Positions 1-8,802 of a DNA stretch of 25,298 nt are shown here, piece after piece. The stretch spans positions 1 through 25,298 of the forward strand of contig JBDSVN010000017.1 of NCBI GenBank assembly GCA_039927175.1, given 5' to 3'. The position numbers were made by a program, and so were the translations under genes. Position 1 is the stretch's first letter. Every line of letters begins with the position of its first letter. Below the pieces are notes generated by a model. It was not told the origin of the DNA. It saw only the letters and a list, made by a program, of their open reading frames with translations, and searched no databases. The DNA is from Lysobacteraceae bacterium. Lineage in GTDB: Bacteria; Pseudomonadota; Gammaproteobacteria; Xanthomonadales; Xanthomonadaceae.

Positions 1-2
1 GT

Positions 3-2342
3 CAGCAACAAGTGAGTGATGAAAACCAGCGCGCCTTGTATACGGGTGAAATCCGCATCGGCCTGAGCCTGATCGCGTTGCTACTCGCGGCGGGATTCGG
101 CAGTGATGTGCTGCGTAACATCTATCGTGGCGTGGAATCGCTACTGGCACTGACCAGCCAGATGCGCCGGCACGATTACACCGGCAAGCCCAAGTACCGT
201 GCCGGCGGCGATCTCGGTGACGTGCTCGACAGCTTCCTCGAACTGCGCAATGAAATGCGCGAATCCGAGGCCGAGCAAACCGCGCTGTTGCTGCGCAACG
301 AACAGGTGCGCGCGACGCTTGCGCGCAGCGAAGAGTTCCAGCGGTCGCTGTTTACTGCTGCGCAGGTTGCAGTGATGTCGATCGACCTCGATGGCCGCTT
401 CACCAGTTTCAATCCCTACGCCGAACAATTATCCGGTTACACCTCGCCTGAGATGATTGGCCAGCGCAACGTCGCGCGCCTGTTGTTTGCCGAGGAAGGC
501 CTCGAGATGGCCGAGCGCCTCGGTGCGGCGCTTGGACGCACCGTGCATGCCGATGCGCGGATGATTCCATTGCTGCTCGAGCTCGGCGTGCAGGCGCAGG
601 AATGGACGCTGGTGCGCAAGGACGGCGTGAAGGTGCCGGTGTTGCTGGCGACATCGGCGATGTACGACGAAAGTGGCGAAGGCATCGGCCATCTTGCGAT
701 CGCCACCGACCTCACCCGCATCAAGCAACTCGAGGATGCGCTGCGCTCGAGCGAAATCGCGGCGCGCGATGCGAGCAAGGCCAAGGGCGATTTCCTGGCC
801 GCGATGAGCCATGAGATCCGCACGCCGATGATCGGCGTCAACGGCATGCTCGAAGTGCTTTCGCACAGCACGCTCGATGCCGACCAGCGCCGCACCGTGC
901 ACATCATCCAGCAGTCGGCGGAATCGCTGTTGCACATCATCGGCGACATTCTCGATTTCTCGAAAGTCGAAGCCGGGCGACTCGAACTCAATCCAACCAC
1001 GATCAGCCTGCAGCAATTGCTGCGTTCGACGACTGCGAATTTCACTGGTGCCGCATCGAGCAAGGGCTTGGTACTGAGTTGCGAAATCGATCCACGTATC
1101 GGCCCGGCGCACATCGCCGACCCGATGCGCCTGCGCCAGATCCTGTCGAACTTCCTGTCGAATGCACTCAAGTTCACCGAGGACGGCCTGGTGCTCGCGA
1201 CGCTGGAATGGGTTGGCGCAGAACACGACAGCGACCGCCTGTGCTTCCGCGTCAGCGACACCGGCATCGGAGTGACTGCGGAACAACAGGCGCGATTGTT
1301 CCAGCCTTTCAGCCAGGCCGAAGGCAGCACGACGCGTCGCTACGGCGGCACCGGTCTCGGGCTGGTGATCTGTCGGCGCCTGGCCGAACTGATGGGCGGC
1401 GAAGTGACGATGGAAAGCACGTCCGGTGCCGGCACGACGATGCGGCTGACGGTATTGCTGCCACATGGCGATGTCGCCGACCTCGACACCAATGCGGATA
1501 CACAATCGCAGGCGCCGGCATTCTTCCAGCCGCGCGCATTGCCGGATTCGAAGCAGGCTGAAGTCGAGCGCAGCCTGATCCTGCTGGTCGATGATCACCC
1601 AACCAATCGGCTTGTCGTTGCGCGCCAGCTCGCGCTCGCCGGCTACGCCTGCGAGACCGCCGAGGATGGCGTGGAAGGGCTAGAGCGTTGGCGCAGCGGA
1701 CGCTACGCGCTGGTGCTGTCCGACATCCACATGCCGCGCATGGACGGTTATCAAATGACCCGTGCATTGCGCGAAGAGGAAGCGCGCGATGGCCATGCAC
1801 GGATTCCAGTGATCGCACTCACTGCAGCCGTGCTCAAAGGCGAAGCCGAGCGTTGCCTCGCCGCCGGCATGGACGATTACCTGACCAAGCCAGTCAGTAT
1901 TCCGCAACTCGCGGCATGCATTGGACGCTGGCTTCCGCACACGCAGGCCGCGGCATCCACGCATGCGGCAACAAATGGCGCTGCGCCATTGCCGCAAGCG
2001 CATGGCGATCCATCCATCCTCGACGACAGCGCGCTCGGCGCATTGACTGCAGGCGATGCAGCGCAGCGACGCTTGTTGCTCGACGATTATCTCGGCGCGA
2101 CGGCGCATGATTTGCAGGCAGCGCGGCGTGCTCGCGAAGACGGCGATTGCATGCAACTCGCGCGCGAAGCGCACAAGATCAAGGGCGCGGCGTTGCTGGT
2201 CGGCGCGAACGAACTCGCCGCCGCTGCCGCCGCATTGGAACTCGTCGCGAAAGCCAACGATTGGCCGCAAATCCTGCCGCTGAGCGCAGATCTGGAAACC
2301 GCCGCCGAACGCCTGCGCCTGCATATCGCACATGACGTATAG
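3..2342 (+). CDS. Hybrid sensor histidine kinase/response regulator (HAMP-like, PAS, HisKA, HATPase, REC, Hpt), 5'-truncated by the window edge
   Basis: Frame is open from position 3 (CAG CAA CAA GTG...), so the true start lies upstream. Motifs: H-box [14 protein letters not shown]-box [17 protein letters not shown]-boxes VSDTGIG and GGTGLGL, receiver [10 protein letters not shown]...[11 protein letters not shown]...YLTKP, Hpt [11 protein letters not shown]-like segment [21 protein letters not shown]. Confidence 0.95.
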   Translation, partial: QQQVSDENQRALYTGEIRIGLSLIALLLAAGFGSDVLRNIYRGVESLLALTSQMRRHDYTGKPKYRAGGDLGDVLDSFLELRNEMRESEAEQTALLLRNEQVRATLARSEEFQRSLFTAAQVAVMSIDLDGRFTSFNPYAEQLSGYTSPEMIGQRNVARLLFAEEGLEMAERLGAALGRTVHADARMIPLLLELGVQAQEWTLVRKDGVKVPVLLATSAMYDESGEGIGHLAIATDLTRIKQLEDALRSSEIAARDASKAKGDFLAAMSHEIRTPMIGVNGMLEVLSHSTLDADQRRTVHIIQQSAESLLHIIGDILDFSKVEAGRLELNPTTISLQQLLRSTTANFTGAASSKGLVLSCEIDPRIGPAHIADPMRLRQILSNFLSNALKFTEDGLVLATLEWVGAEHDSDRLCFRVSDTGIGVTAEQQARLFQPFSQAEGSTTRRYGGTGLGLVICRRLAELMGGEVTMESTSGAGTTMRLTVLLPHGDVADLDTNADTQSQAPAFFQPRALPDSKQAEVERSLILLVDDHPTNRLVVARQLALAGYACETAEDGVEGLERWRSGRYALVLSDIHMPRMDGYQMTRALREEEARDGHARIPVIALTAAVLKGEAERCLAAGMDDYLTKPVSIPQLAACIGRWLPHTQAAASTHAATNGAAPLPQAHGDPSILDDSALGALTAGDAAQRRLLLDDYLGATAHDLQAARRAREDGDCMQLAREAHKIKGAALLVGANELAAAAAALELVAKANDWPQILPLSADLETAAERLRLHIAHDV

Positions 2343-3552
2343 CGCGAGCCGGGCGCACTATGCTTCCGAGCGCGTATCGTGCGCCCAGCGCACGCTACAT
2401 CCGGCGAGTCGACTTTTTTTCTTTGCCGCCAGCATCTGCATGTCCGCAGGCCTGCTTCCGTCTGACGCGGTTGCAGCCTCGGTGAGACCCGTCGATATAG
2501 CGAGTGCCGTTCCAGCAACTTCCGCAAAATTTCTCGACATGCCTGCCGGTACCACTTGGGGCGAATTCGTGCATCGCTATCGCGAGCAGGTGCGGGAATC
2601 GTTGCAGGTGAGCCATGATGCCCGCGATCTGCTGTTGGCATCGTTCGTGCTGGTTGACAGCGAAGGTTATTATGAAGAACCGCCATCACTAGCCAAGCGA
2701 CACACCGCAGCATCGTTGTTGCGTCGTGCCGCGCAGATGGCTCCTGACGATGCACTGGTACAGCGGGCATGGGCGCTCGCTTCGTACAATGCCAGTGGAT
2801 GCGGCTCCGGTGATCCGTGTCCTGAACGTGCCGAAGCGCAGGCTCGACTTGAACCGGACAACGCCGCCGCGTGGGAGCCTGTGGTTGCTGCAGCGCTCGG
2901 GAAGCATGACCTCGTAAATGCGGAACGGGCATTGGCACGGATGGCCACGGCGACACACTACGACAATCACTTCGGGGAAGCAGCGCTTGCATTTCGAGCC
3001 ATCTATCGCCGGTTTCCTGCGCCAGAAGCTCCACCCTCGTTGCGTGCGGATGTAGAAAAGAATCCTTGGTTCGAATTTCCCACAACTGCCGAATCGCATC
3101 AGGAGTCGTATGCGAAGTCTGCAGCAACCCGACTTTTGCTGGTTATGGGAGACGATGAGATCAAAAACGAACCAGAAAGCATGTGTACGAGGGAAGCGCT
3201 CAAAATTGCATCGAGGCAACGGGCAATGGATTGCGCGCGGATCGGCCGCATGCTGCTGCGAGGCAACGATCCAAATGGTCGCTTCTACATGGCCGCTACA
3301 GGGTTGGATACAGCAGGAGACCGCGAAATGGCGCGCACACTCGACTGGCGGATATGGATGGAGAACGAGACGGGTTCCCACCCACAGATATCGTTTGCCA
3401 TGCGGCTGCAGAGCTGGTTTGACGATGTCGAAGCAACGGGCGACACAAACGAAGCCGATCGACGGGATCTGATTCGACGTGGCATTTCACCGACACCTCC
3501 GCCGGGATGGGAACCCGAGGGTGGGGTGTTTATGGAATTTAATGGGTTCTGA
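2332..3552 (+). CDS. Hypothetical, probably exported protein; paralogue 1 of a tandem LEPDNxAA family
   Basis: 406-aa ORF whose ATG overlaps the kinase stop by 11 nt; the next in-frame start is ATG 2440. Hydrophobic stretch [23 protein letters not shown] near the N-terminus. Shares several motifs with the next two ORFs. Confidence 0.8.
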   Translation: MTYSASRAHYASERVSCAQRTLHPASRLFFFAASICMSAGLLPSDAVAASVRPVDIASAVPATSAKFLDMPAGTTWGEFVHRYREQVRESLQVSHDARDLLLASFVLVDSEGYYEEPPSLAKRHTAASLLRRAAQMAPDDALVQRAWALASYNASGCGSGDPCPERAEAQARLEPDNAAAWEPVVAAALGKHDLVNAERALARMATATHYDNHFGEAALAFRAIYRRFPAPEAPPSLRADVEKNPWFEFPTTAESHQESYAKSAATRLLLVMGDDEIKNEPESMCTREALKIASRQRAMDCARIGRMLLRGNDPNGRFYMAATGLDTAGDREMARTLDWRIWMENETGSHPQISFAMRLQSWFDDVEATGDTNEADRRDLIRRGISPTPPPGWEPEGGVFMEFNGF

Positions 3553-3703
3553 TCGGTGAAGCGAAAACGAATGGCAGCTGTTGAAATGTTCGCCCGCTGG
3601 TTTTCTCGTATACCGAACCAATCGCAAATTGTTGATAGCGCCGTCCCGATGATTCCAGTGATAACGTGCCCGCCAACACAACATCGACCAACCGGACAAC
3701 ACC

Positions 3704-4738
3704 ATGCCCCTGCTTAATCTTGCATTGACCGCGCTGCTCGCCACCAACGCAGCATCGGCCGCGCCTGCTCCAACAAGTCCGAATGTGTCCGCGCCTGCGC
3801 GTGCTGATGTCTGGGACGCGATCGGGCAGTCGTTGCGCAACAGCGCGTCGCCGCGTGATTGGGCGTTGGCATCGCAGATCATCTTCGAGTCGGGTGACGA
3901 GGCTTCACTCGCTGCAAAGCGGCGCGCGGGCGGTGCATTGCTGCGCAAGGCGGCCGAAGCCGCGCCGAAGGATGCATTCGTGCAGTGGCTATGGGCAAAT
4001 GCGATGCCGGACATGGTCGGTTGCGACGCGCACGCCCCATGCCCTGATCGTGCCGCTGCGCTGGCGAAACTCGAACCTGACAACGGCGCGGCGTGGGTGC
4101 CGGTCATCAATGCGGCAATGGATGCGAACAACATGCGCGATGCCGATGTGGCACTGGCGCACGCTGTGGCCGCGACACGGTACGACGAACGCTGGTTCGT
4201 GTCGTGGAAGGCGTGGAGGGATATTTATCGGCGATATCCGATACTGACGAATCGCGATCCATCCGATCCTTTCACGGCGGACGCTGAAATGTCGGCGGAT
4301 GGAATGGCGTTTTCGATGGCTGGCGCAACTGGCGTGCCGGCGTATGCCCCGTTGGTTCGTGGCTGCACCCGTGCAAAACATCCGCAAGCAACAGCGGCGC
4401 ATTTCGAGGATTGCGGCAAGCTTGGCCGGCTCATGTTGAAGCAGGGAATGACGTTGTTGGCGCAGAGCATCGGGGCGGGGATCCTGCGCGTTTCCGGTAC
4501 GGCCAAAGCGGACGATCGGGCAGCTGCTCGCATCGCCGAATGGCGGCAACACCAACACGCCACGCTGCCGTTTGACCAACCAAGTGAAATACGTGCGTAT
4601 GTCGCCGATCTTGAAAGAACGGGCAACGAAGTCGAGGCGCAGCAACTGCAGTTGCGTCGGGCAGGCCTTTCGCTCACGCCACCGGCCGACTGGAAGCCGA
4701 CCCGATTTGGCTTGCTGGATGCGTCTTCCAAGCCTTAA
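3704..4738 (+). CDS. Hypothetical secreted protein; paralogue 2 of the LEPDNxAA family
   Basis: 344 aa with a signal-peptide-like N-terminus (MPLLNLALTALLATNAASA-AP). Motifs APKDAFVQW, GCDAHAPCP, LEPDNGAAW, DCGKLGR, GLSLTPPADW. Confidence 0.85.
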   Translation: MPLLNLALTALLATNAASAAPAPTSPNVSAPARADVWDAIGQSLRNSASPRDWALASQIIFESGDEASLAAKRRAGGALLRKAAEAAPKDAFVQWLWANAMPDMVGCDAHAPCPDRAAALAKLEPDNGAAWVPVINAAMDANNMRDADVALAHAVAATRYDERWFVSWKAWRDIYRRYPILTNRDPSDPFTADAEMSADGMAFSMAGATGVPAYAPLVRGCTRAKHPQATAAHFEDCGKLGRLMLKQGMTLLAQSIGAGILRVSGTAKADDRAAARIAEWRQHQHATLPFDQPSEIRAYVADLERTGNEVEAQQLQLRRAGLSLTPPADWKPTRFGLLDASSKP

Positions 4739-4835
4739 AGCGAGTGTGACGTAGGCATTCAGCGCCTGCCATGCGCGACGGTGTTAGGCTTTTGGCCCGA
4801 TTCCTTCCCGCTCGTCGCCCGGACCCCATCCCGCC

Positions 4836-5894
4836 ATGACCAAGTTCCGCATGCTCGCAATCGCCACGGCCGCAGCTGTTGCGACAAGTTTTTCCATGCC
4901 CCCCGCAGTTGCCCAGGCGACCTCGTCGCATGATGCCGCACGTGCGTTGTACGACGTGCTCTCGGCCAGCCCGCAACCGCGCGATCGCGTTTTGGCGGCG
5001 TGGATGATCGCTCCCAATACCGAAGACGAACGCTCGATGCGGCGTGTGGCATTCGCTTTCGCTGCTGCTGCAGCACCGAAGGATGCCCTTGTGCAATGGC
5101 TGGCCGCGAATGCGATCGGCGGTTGTCCGAAAGCGCCGGAAGACACCGCAACCTTGCGCCTGTTCCGCCAGCTTGAACCGGACAATGCCGCCGCAGACCT
5201 GCTGCAGCTCAATCACACTACCGCTTGCGGCGACAAGGTCAGGATCGGCGAGACGCTCGGGCAGATGGCACACGCCAAGCGCTTCGACAGCCACTTCGGA
5301 ACCACGGTCCAGGCATGGCTGGATGTGTTGAAGACAGAACCATCCGCGAAGGGCCTGTTGCAAGCAGATGCCAGCACGGGAAAACAACCGGCGCCAGTAG
5401 GGCTGGCGCTGACCTACGCGACCATAGCTGCAGAACCTGATTTCTCGCCGTTGCTGGCCGCATGCCCGAAAAATTCACTGACCAACGCAGGTGTGTGCGC
5501 CAAGATCGGCCGCATTCTCGCCTATACCAGCAAGACTGCCCTGGAGAGGTCTGTTGGTTTCGACTTGATCGAGCGTTCTGGCGCGATGACAGCCCCCGAC
5601 AGGACGGCCTTGCGTGAATTGCATTGGTTGATGTCGCCGCCATCGGGGAAGCAACTATCGCCGGAGATGGGTCGAATCGTCGCCATCGGATGGCTGCGTA
5701 CCGATGATGAAATCCAGATCATGCGCCAGGCGTTTGGTGCCGGCGGTTATCCGACGACACCACCCGCAGACTGGACGGATCCAATCGGGAAACAACAGGT
5801 GCAAGGGGGCCAGCAAAACGGAGCCCTGTTGCCGCATTGGAATGCGCCGACTGGCAAGCAACAGCCGCCGCCTTCGAATAATCCATCGCATTGA
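4836..5894 (+). CDS. Hypothetical secreted protein; paralogue 3 of the LEPDNxAA family, with a Q/G/P-rich tail
   Basis: 352 aa with a signal-peptide-like N-terminus (MTKFRMLAIATAAAVATSFSMPPAVA-QA). Motifs [34 protein letters not shown]. Confidence 0.85.
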   Translation: MTKFRMLAIATAAAVATSFSMPPAVAQATSSHDAARALYDVLSASPQPRDRVLAAWMIAPNTEDERSMRRVAFAFAAAAAPKDALVQWLAANAIGGCPKAPEDTATLRLFRQLEPDNAAADLLQLNHTTACGDKVRIGETLGQMAHAKRFDSHFGTTVQAWLDVLKTEPSAKGLLQADASTGKQPAPVGLALTYATIAAEPDFSPLLAACPKNSLTNAGVCAKIGRILAYTSKTALERSVGFDLIERSGAMTAPDRTALRELHWLMSPPSGKQLSPEMGRIVAIGWLRTDDEIQIMRQAFGAGGYPTTPPADWTDPIGKQQVQGGQQNGALLPHWNAPTGKQQPPPSNNPSH

Positions 5895-5903
5895 TTTCAG
5901 CAA

Positions 5904-5923
5904 GCCGGCGTCAATCCGCCGGC
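5904..5923. terminator. GC-rich hairpin at the junction of convergent genes (possible terminator)
   Basis: GCCGGCG-tcaatc-CGCCGGC is a 7-bp perfect stem overlapping the AAA gene stop. There is no clear U-tract on either side. Confidence 0.35.
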
Positions 5924-7422
5924 ACCGTGCGATCGCGCGCCCAGGCGCGCAGTGCTTCGACTTTCTCCGCCATCAACACCGACAGCGGTCGCGTGTTGCG
6001 CAACTCGCCCAGCAATTCGTCCTGCGTCAGCGGGCCGGGCGTGGTGCGTGCGACGTAGAGCGACGACACGATCGCCTGCTCGATCTCGGCGCCTGAAAAT
6101 CCGTTGCTGGCCGCCGCCAATGCCTGCATGCCGAAAGCCGTTGCATCGACTTTGCGCCGGGCCAGATGCAACTTGAAGATATCGATGCGGGTTTCCGCGT
6201 TTGGCAGATCGACGAAGAAGATTTCGTCGAAGCGACCCTTGCGCAGCAATTCCGGCGGCAGTTCATCCACCTGGTTCGCGGTCGCGACGAGAAAGACGCG
6301 CGAAGTACGTTCGGCCATCCATGTCAGCAGGTAGCCGAGCACGCGCCGCGACACGCCGCCGTCGGCATCGCTCGAACCGCTCGCCAAACCTTTTTCGATC
6401 TCGTCCATCCACAGCACGCACGGCGCGATCTGTTCGGTCGATGCGAGCGCGGCGCGCAGGTTCTTTTCGGTTTCACCGTGGTACTTGTCGTATAACGTGC
6501 CGAAATCCAGCCGCACCAGCGGTACGCCGAAGCCGCCGGCGATCGATTTGGCCACGAGCGATTTTCCGCAGCCCTGTACGCCGAGCAGCAAAATCCCTTT
6601 CGGTGGATCGAGCGCGTAACCGTTGTCTGCGGATGCGCTTGCAGTCGCGGCGTCCATCACGAACAGGTCGCGGCGCTGCGCCACCCATTGCTTGAGCCGT
6701 TTCGCGCCGGCGACATCGGCGAATTGCGCGGTGTCGTATTCGAAATGCAGGTGGCCGGAACGGTTGAGCAGTTCGAACTTGAGTTTTGCCAGTTTCGGCA
6801 GGTCGTTCGCATCCAGCGCACCGTTCTCGAAAATCAATTGCCGTGCGATGCGTTGCGCCTCGGTCATCGACAGGCCGGCGAGATTGCGCACGATCGCACG
6901 CACCGCGTCGGCATCGAAAGTCACCGGCCGCCCGCTGTTTTCGCGGGTGTAATCGCGCGCCACGTCCTTCACCATTTTCAATAGCGTGTTGGCGTCCGGC
7001 AGGCGCAGCGCGAAACGCACCGCCAGTTCGTCGAGTCCCGCCGGCAGTTCGACCTTGGTGCCGACCAGCACGATGGTGTGCGCCACGCAATTGCGCCGCA
7101 GCACGATCTCGCGTAATTGCCGCTGGGTTCCGGCGTAGCCGAGATAGGGGCAGAAATCGAGCAGCAGATACACGCCGCGCTGGTCCGCCTGCTGGATCGT
7201 GCGCAAGGTGCTGGTCGCATCGGCAGCGCCTTCGGGCGGGTCTTCGCGATCGATGTCGAAGCGGCGCAATCCCTCGGTGATCGACCACCGATACATTGCG
7301 CGAAAAACATCCAGCAGCACATGACGAAACAGATCGACCACGCGCGTCTCGTCCGGCGTCTCGATCACGATCAGCGGCGTATCCGCGCGAATCAGCGCGG
7401 CGAGGTCTTGCAGTTCGGGCAT
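5911..7422 (-). CDS. AAA+ family ATPase, Ycf46-like (degenerate N-terminal AAA-like domain plus an active C-terminal AAA domain)
   Basis: Probable start ATG 7422 preceded by GGAGAG (MPELQDLAALIRADTPLIVIETPDETR), 503 aa. Walker A GVQGCGKS, Walker B CVLWMDEIEK, second region of homology ATANQVDELPPELLRKGRFDEIFFVDLP, AAA-lid-like GFSGAEIEQ. The 742-aa ORF call extends into the parA-like gene and is too long. Confidence 0.9.
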   Translation of the reverse strand: MPELQDLAALIRADTPLIVIETPDETRVVDLFRHVLLDVFRAMYRWSITEGLRRFDIDREDPPEGAADATSTLRTIQQADQRGVYLLLDFCPYLGYAGTQRQLREIVLRRNCVAHTIVLVGTKVELPAGLDELAVRFALRLPDANTLLKMVKDVARDYTRENSGRPVTFDADAVRAIVRNLAGLSMTEAQRIARQLIFENGALDANDLPKLAKLKFELLNRSGHLHFEYDTAQFADVAGAKRLKQWVAQRRDLFVMDAATASASADNGYALDPPKGILLLGVQGCGKSLVAKSIAGGFGVPLVRLDFGTLYDKYHGETEKNLRAALASTEQIAPCVLWMDEIEKGLASGSSDADGGVSRRVLGYLLTWMAERTSRVFLVATANQVDELPPELLRKGRFDEIFFVDLPNAETRIDIFKLHLARRKVDATAFGMQALAAASNGFSGAEIEQAIVSSLYVARTTPGPLTQDELLGELRNTRPLSVLMAEKVEALRAWARDRTVPAD

Positions 7423-7591
7423 GGTCTCTCCAGAGACGCGCACCTTAGCAGAGCATGAGGGCTGGTTTAGATATGCAAAAACCAGCAGCCAGGCTGCACT
7501 TTCCGTGCGGCCCTCCGGCATAGCCCTCGGGCGTTCTTCAGGCCGCGAGCCGACGGCACGCAGACGGCCTTCATCATCCGGCCCAGCCCGA

Positions 7592-7600
7592 TGGTAGAGT
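7592..7600 (+). promoter_or_regulatory. Possible extended -10 promoter (TGnTAGAGT) for the parA-like operon
   Basis: TGGTAGAGT lies 27 nt upstream of ATG 7628, with RBS GGAGG at 7616-7620. No good -35 box seen. Confidence 0.3.
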
Positions 7601-7627
7601 GAAGTCCTTCCAGACGGAGGGCTGTCC

Positions 7628-8260
7628 ATGCGTACGATCCTGGTTGCCAGCTCCAAGGGTGGCGTCGGCAAGACCACGTTGGCCACCAATCTCGCCGCGC
7701 ACGACGCGGCCGATGGCAAGCACACGGTGCTGGTCGATGCCGACCGGCAATTATCTTCAACCCATTGGTGCGAGAAACGTGCCGGCATGGACAACGCGGT
7801 GCTGCCGGTGAACGGGCTGCGTCGCGATTGGCAGCGTTCGATTCCTGACGATACCCAGAGCGTGATCATCGACGGTCGCGCCGGCGCGATGGGCGACGAA
7901 TTGGCGATGTTCCTCGATGTGGCTGATGCGGTGATCGTGCCGATCCTGCCATCGACGATCGACATCGAGGCGACGGTTCCGTTCCTCGATTCGCTGGTGC
8001 AGCACCCGCGCGTGCACAAGGGCAAGCTCAAGGTCGGGCTGGTCGCCAACCGCATGAAGCCGTGGACGAATGCCTCGCAGCACGCACTGGCCCAGCTCAA
8101 GGCGTGGCCGTATCCGGTCGTGGCGCAGTTGCGCGACACCCAGGCTTACGTTTTGCTGGCCGGATTGGGCAAAGGCCTGTATGACTATCATTCCGAACAG
8201 GTGCGCAATCATCAGGCTGATTGGGCGCCGTTGTTCAAATGGTTGAAAAAGGTGGGCTGA
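7628..8260 (+). CDS. ParA/MinD-family ATPase (short, orphan; no parB in the window)
   Basis: Deviant Walker A SSKGGVGKTT, VLVDADRQ, VIIDGRAG (Walker B region), 210 aa, strong RBS GGAGG. Confidence 0.92.
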   Translation: MRTILVASSKGGVGKTTLATNLAAHDAADGKHTVLVDADRQLSSTHWCEKRAGMDNAVLPVNGLRRDWQRSIPDDTQSVIIDGRAGAMGDELAMFLDVADAVIVPILPSTIDIEATVPFLDSLVQHPRVHKGKLKVGLVANRMKPWTNASQHALAQLKAWPYPVVAQLRDTQAYVLLAGLGKGLYDYHSEQVRNHQADWAPLFKWLKKVG

Positions 8261-8261
8261 A

Positions 8262-8738
8262 ATGCGTGAGTTGATCCTGTTGCGACACGCCCACGCCGAA
8301 TCGGCGCTGCCCGGCCAGGACGATCGCGATCGCGGTTTGTCGATGCGTGGACGCAGCGAGGCCACGGCTGCCGGCATCTGGCTGCAGAAGCACGGTTATG
8401 TGCCGGATCGCGTGCTGTGCTCGAGTGCACGCCGCGCGCGCGAAACCCTTGATCTCGCCCAGGATGCAGTCGGTCACGGCGAAACCGAGCTAGCCGATGC
8501 GATCTACGATGCCTCGCCGGGCGAACTCATCGCACTCGCCGATACGCACCGCGATGTGCCGCGCTTGATGATGGTTGGCCACAACCCCGGCTTCGAATTG
8601 CTGGCAGCATTGATGACGACCGGCCAATCCGGCGATTTTCGCGGCATGCACACGTCTGGTATCGCGGTGCTGCAACTGCCCGCCGATGCGGCGCTGGAAC
8701 CGGGCGTGGCAAAGCTGGCGGCGTTCTGGATGCCGTAG
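8262..8738 (+). CDS. sixA: SixA-like phosphohistidine phosphatase (histidine phosphatase superfamily)
   Basis: N-terminal LILLRHAHA (RH catalytic motif), DRDRGLS..G, VLCSSARRARET and MMVGHNPG. 158 aa, starting 1 nt after the parA-like stop. Confidence 0.88.
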   Translation: MRELILLRHAHAESALPGQDDRDRGLSMRGRSEATAAGIWLQKHGYVPDRVLCSSARRARETLDLAQDAVGHGETELADAIYDASPGELIALADTHRDVPRLMMVGHNPGFELLAALMTTGQSGDFRGMHTSGIAVLQLPADAALEPGVAKLAAFWMP

Positions 8739-8802
8739 CGACGATGCTCCGCGCATGGACTGCGCTCGTTGCGGGAACGGTCGGGCCAACCGGTTGCACG
8801 AC

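Noticed and set aside
3553-3703. Possible riboswitch in the spacer before paralogue 2
   Set aside because: No match by eye to c-di-GMP or other riboswitch cores, and only short chance complementarities.
7423-8139. N-terminal extension of the 742-aa minus-strand ORF
   Set aside because: It is antisense to the well-supported parA-like gene, and AAA homology plus an RBS only begin at ATG 7422.
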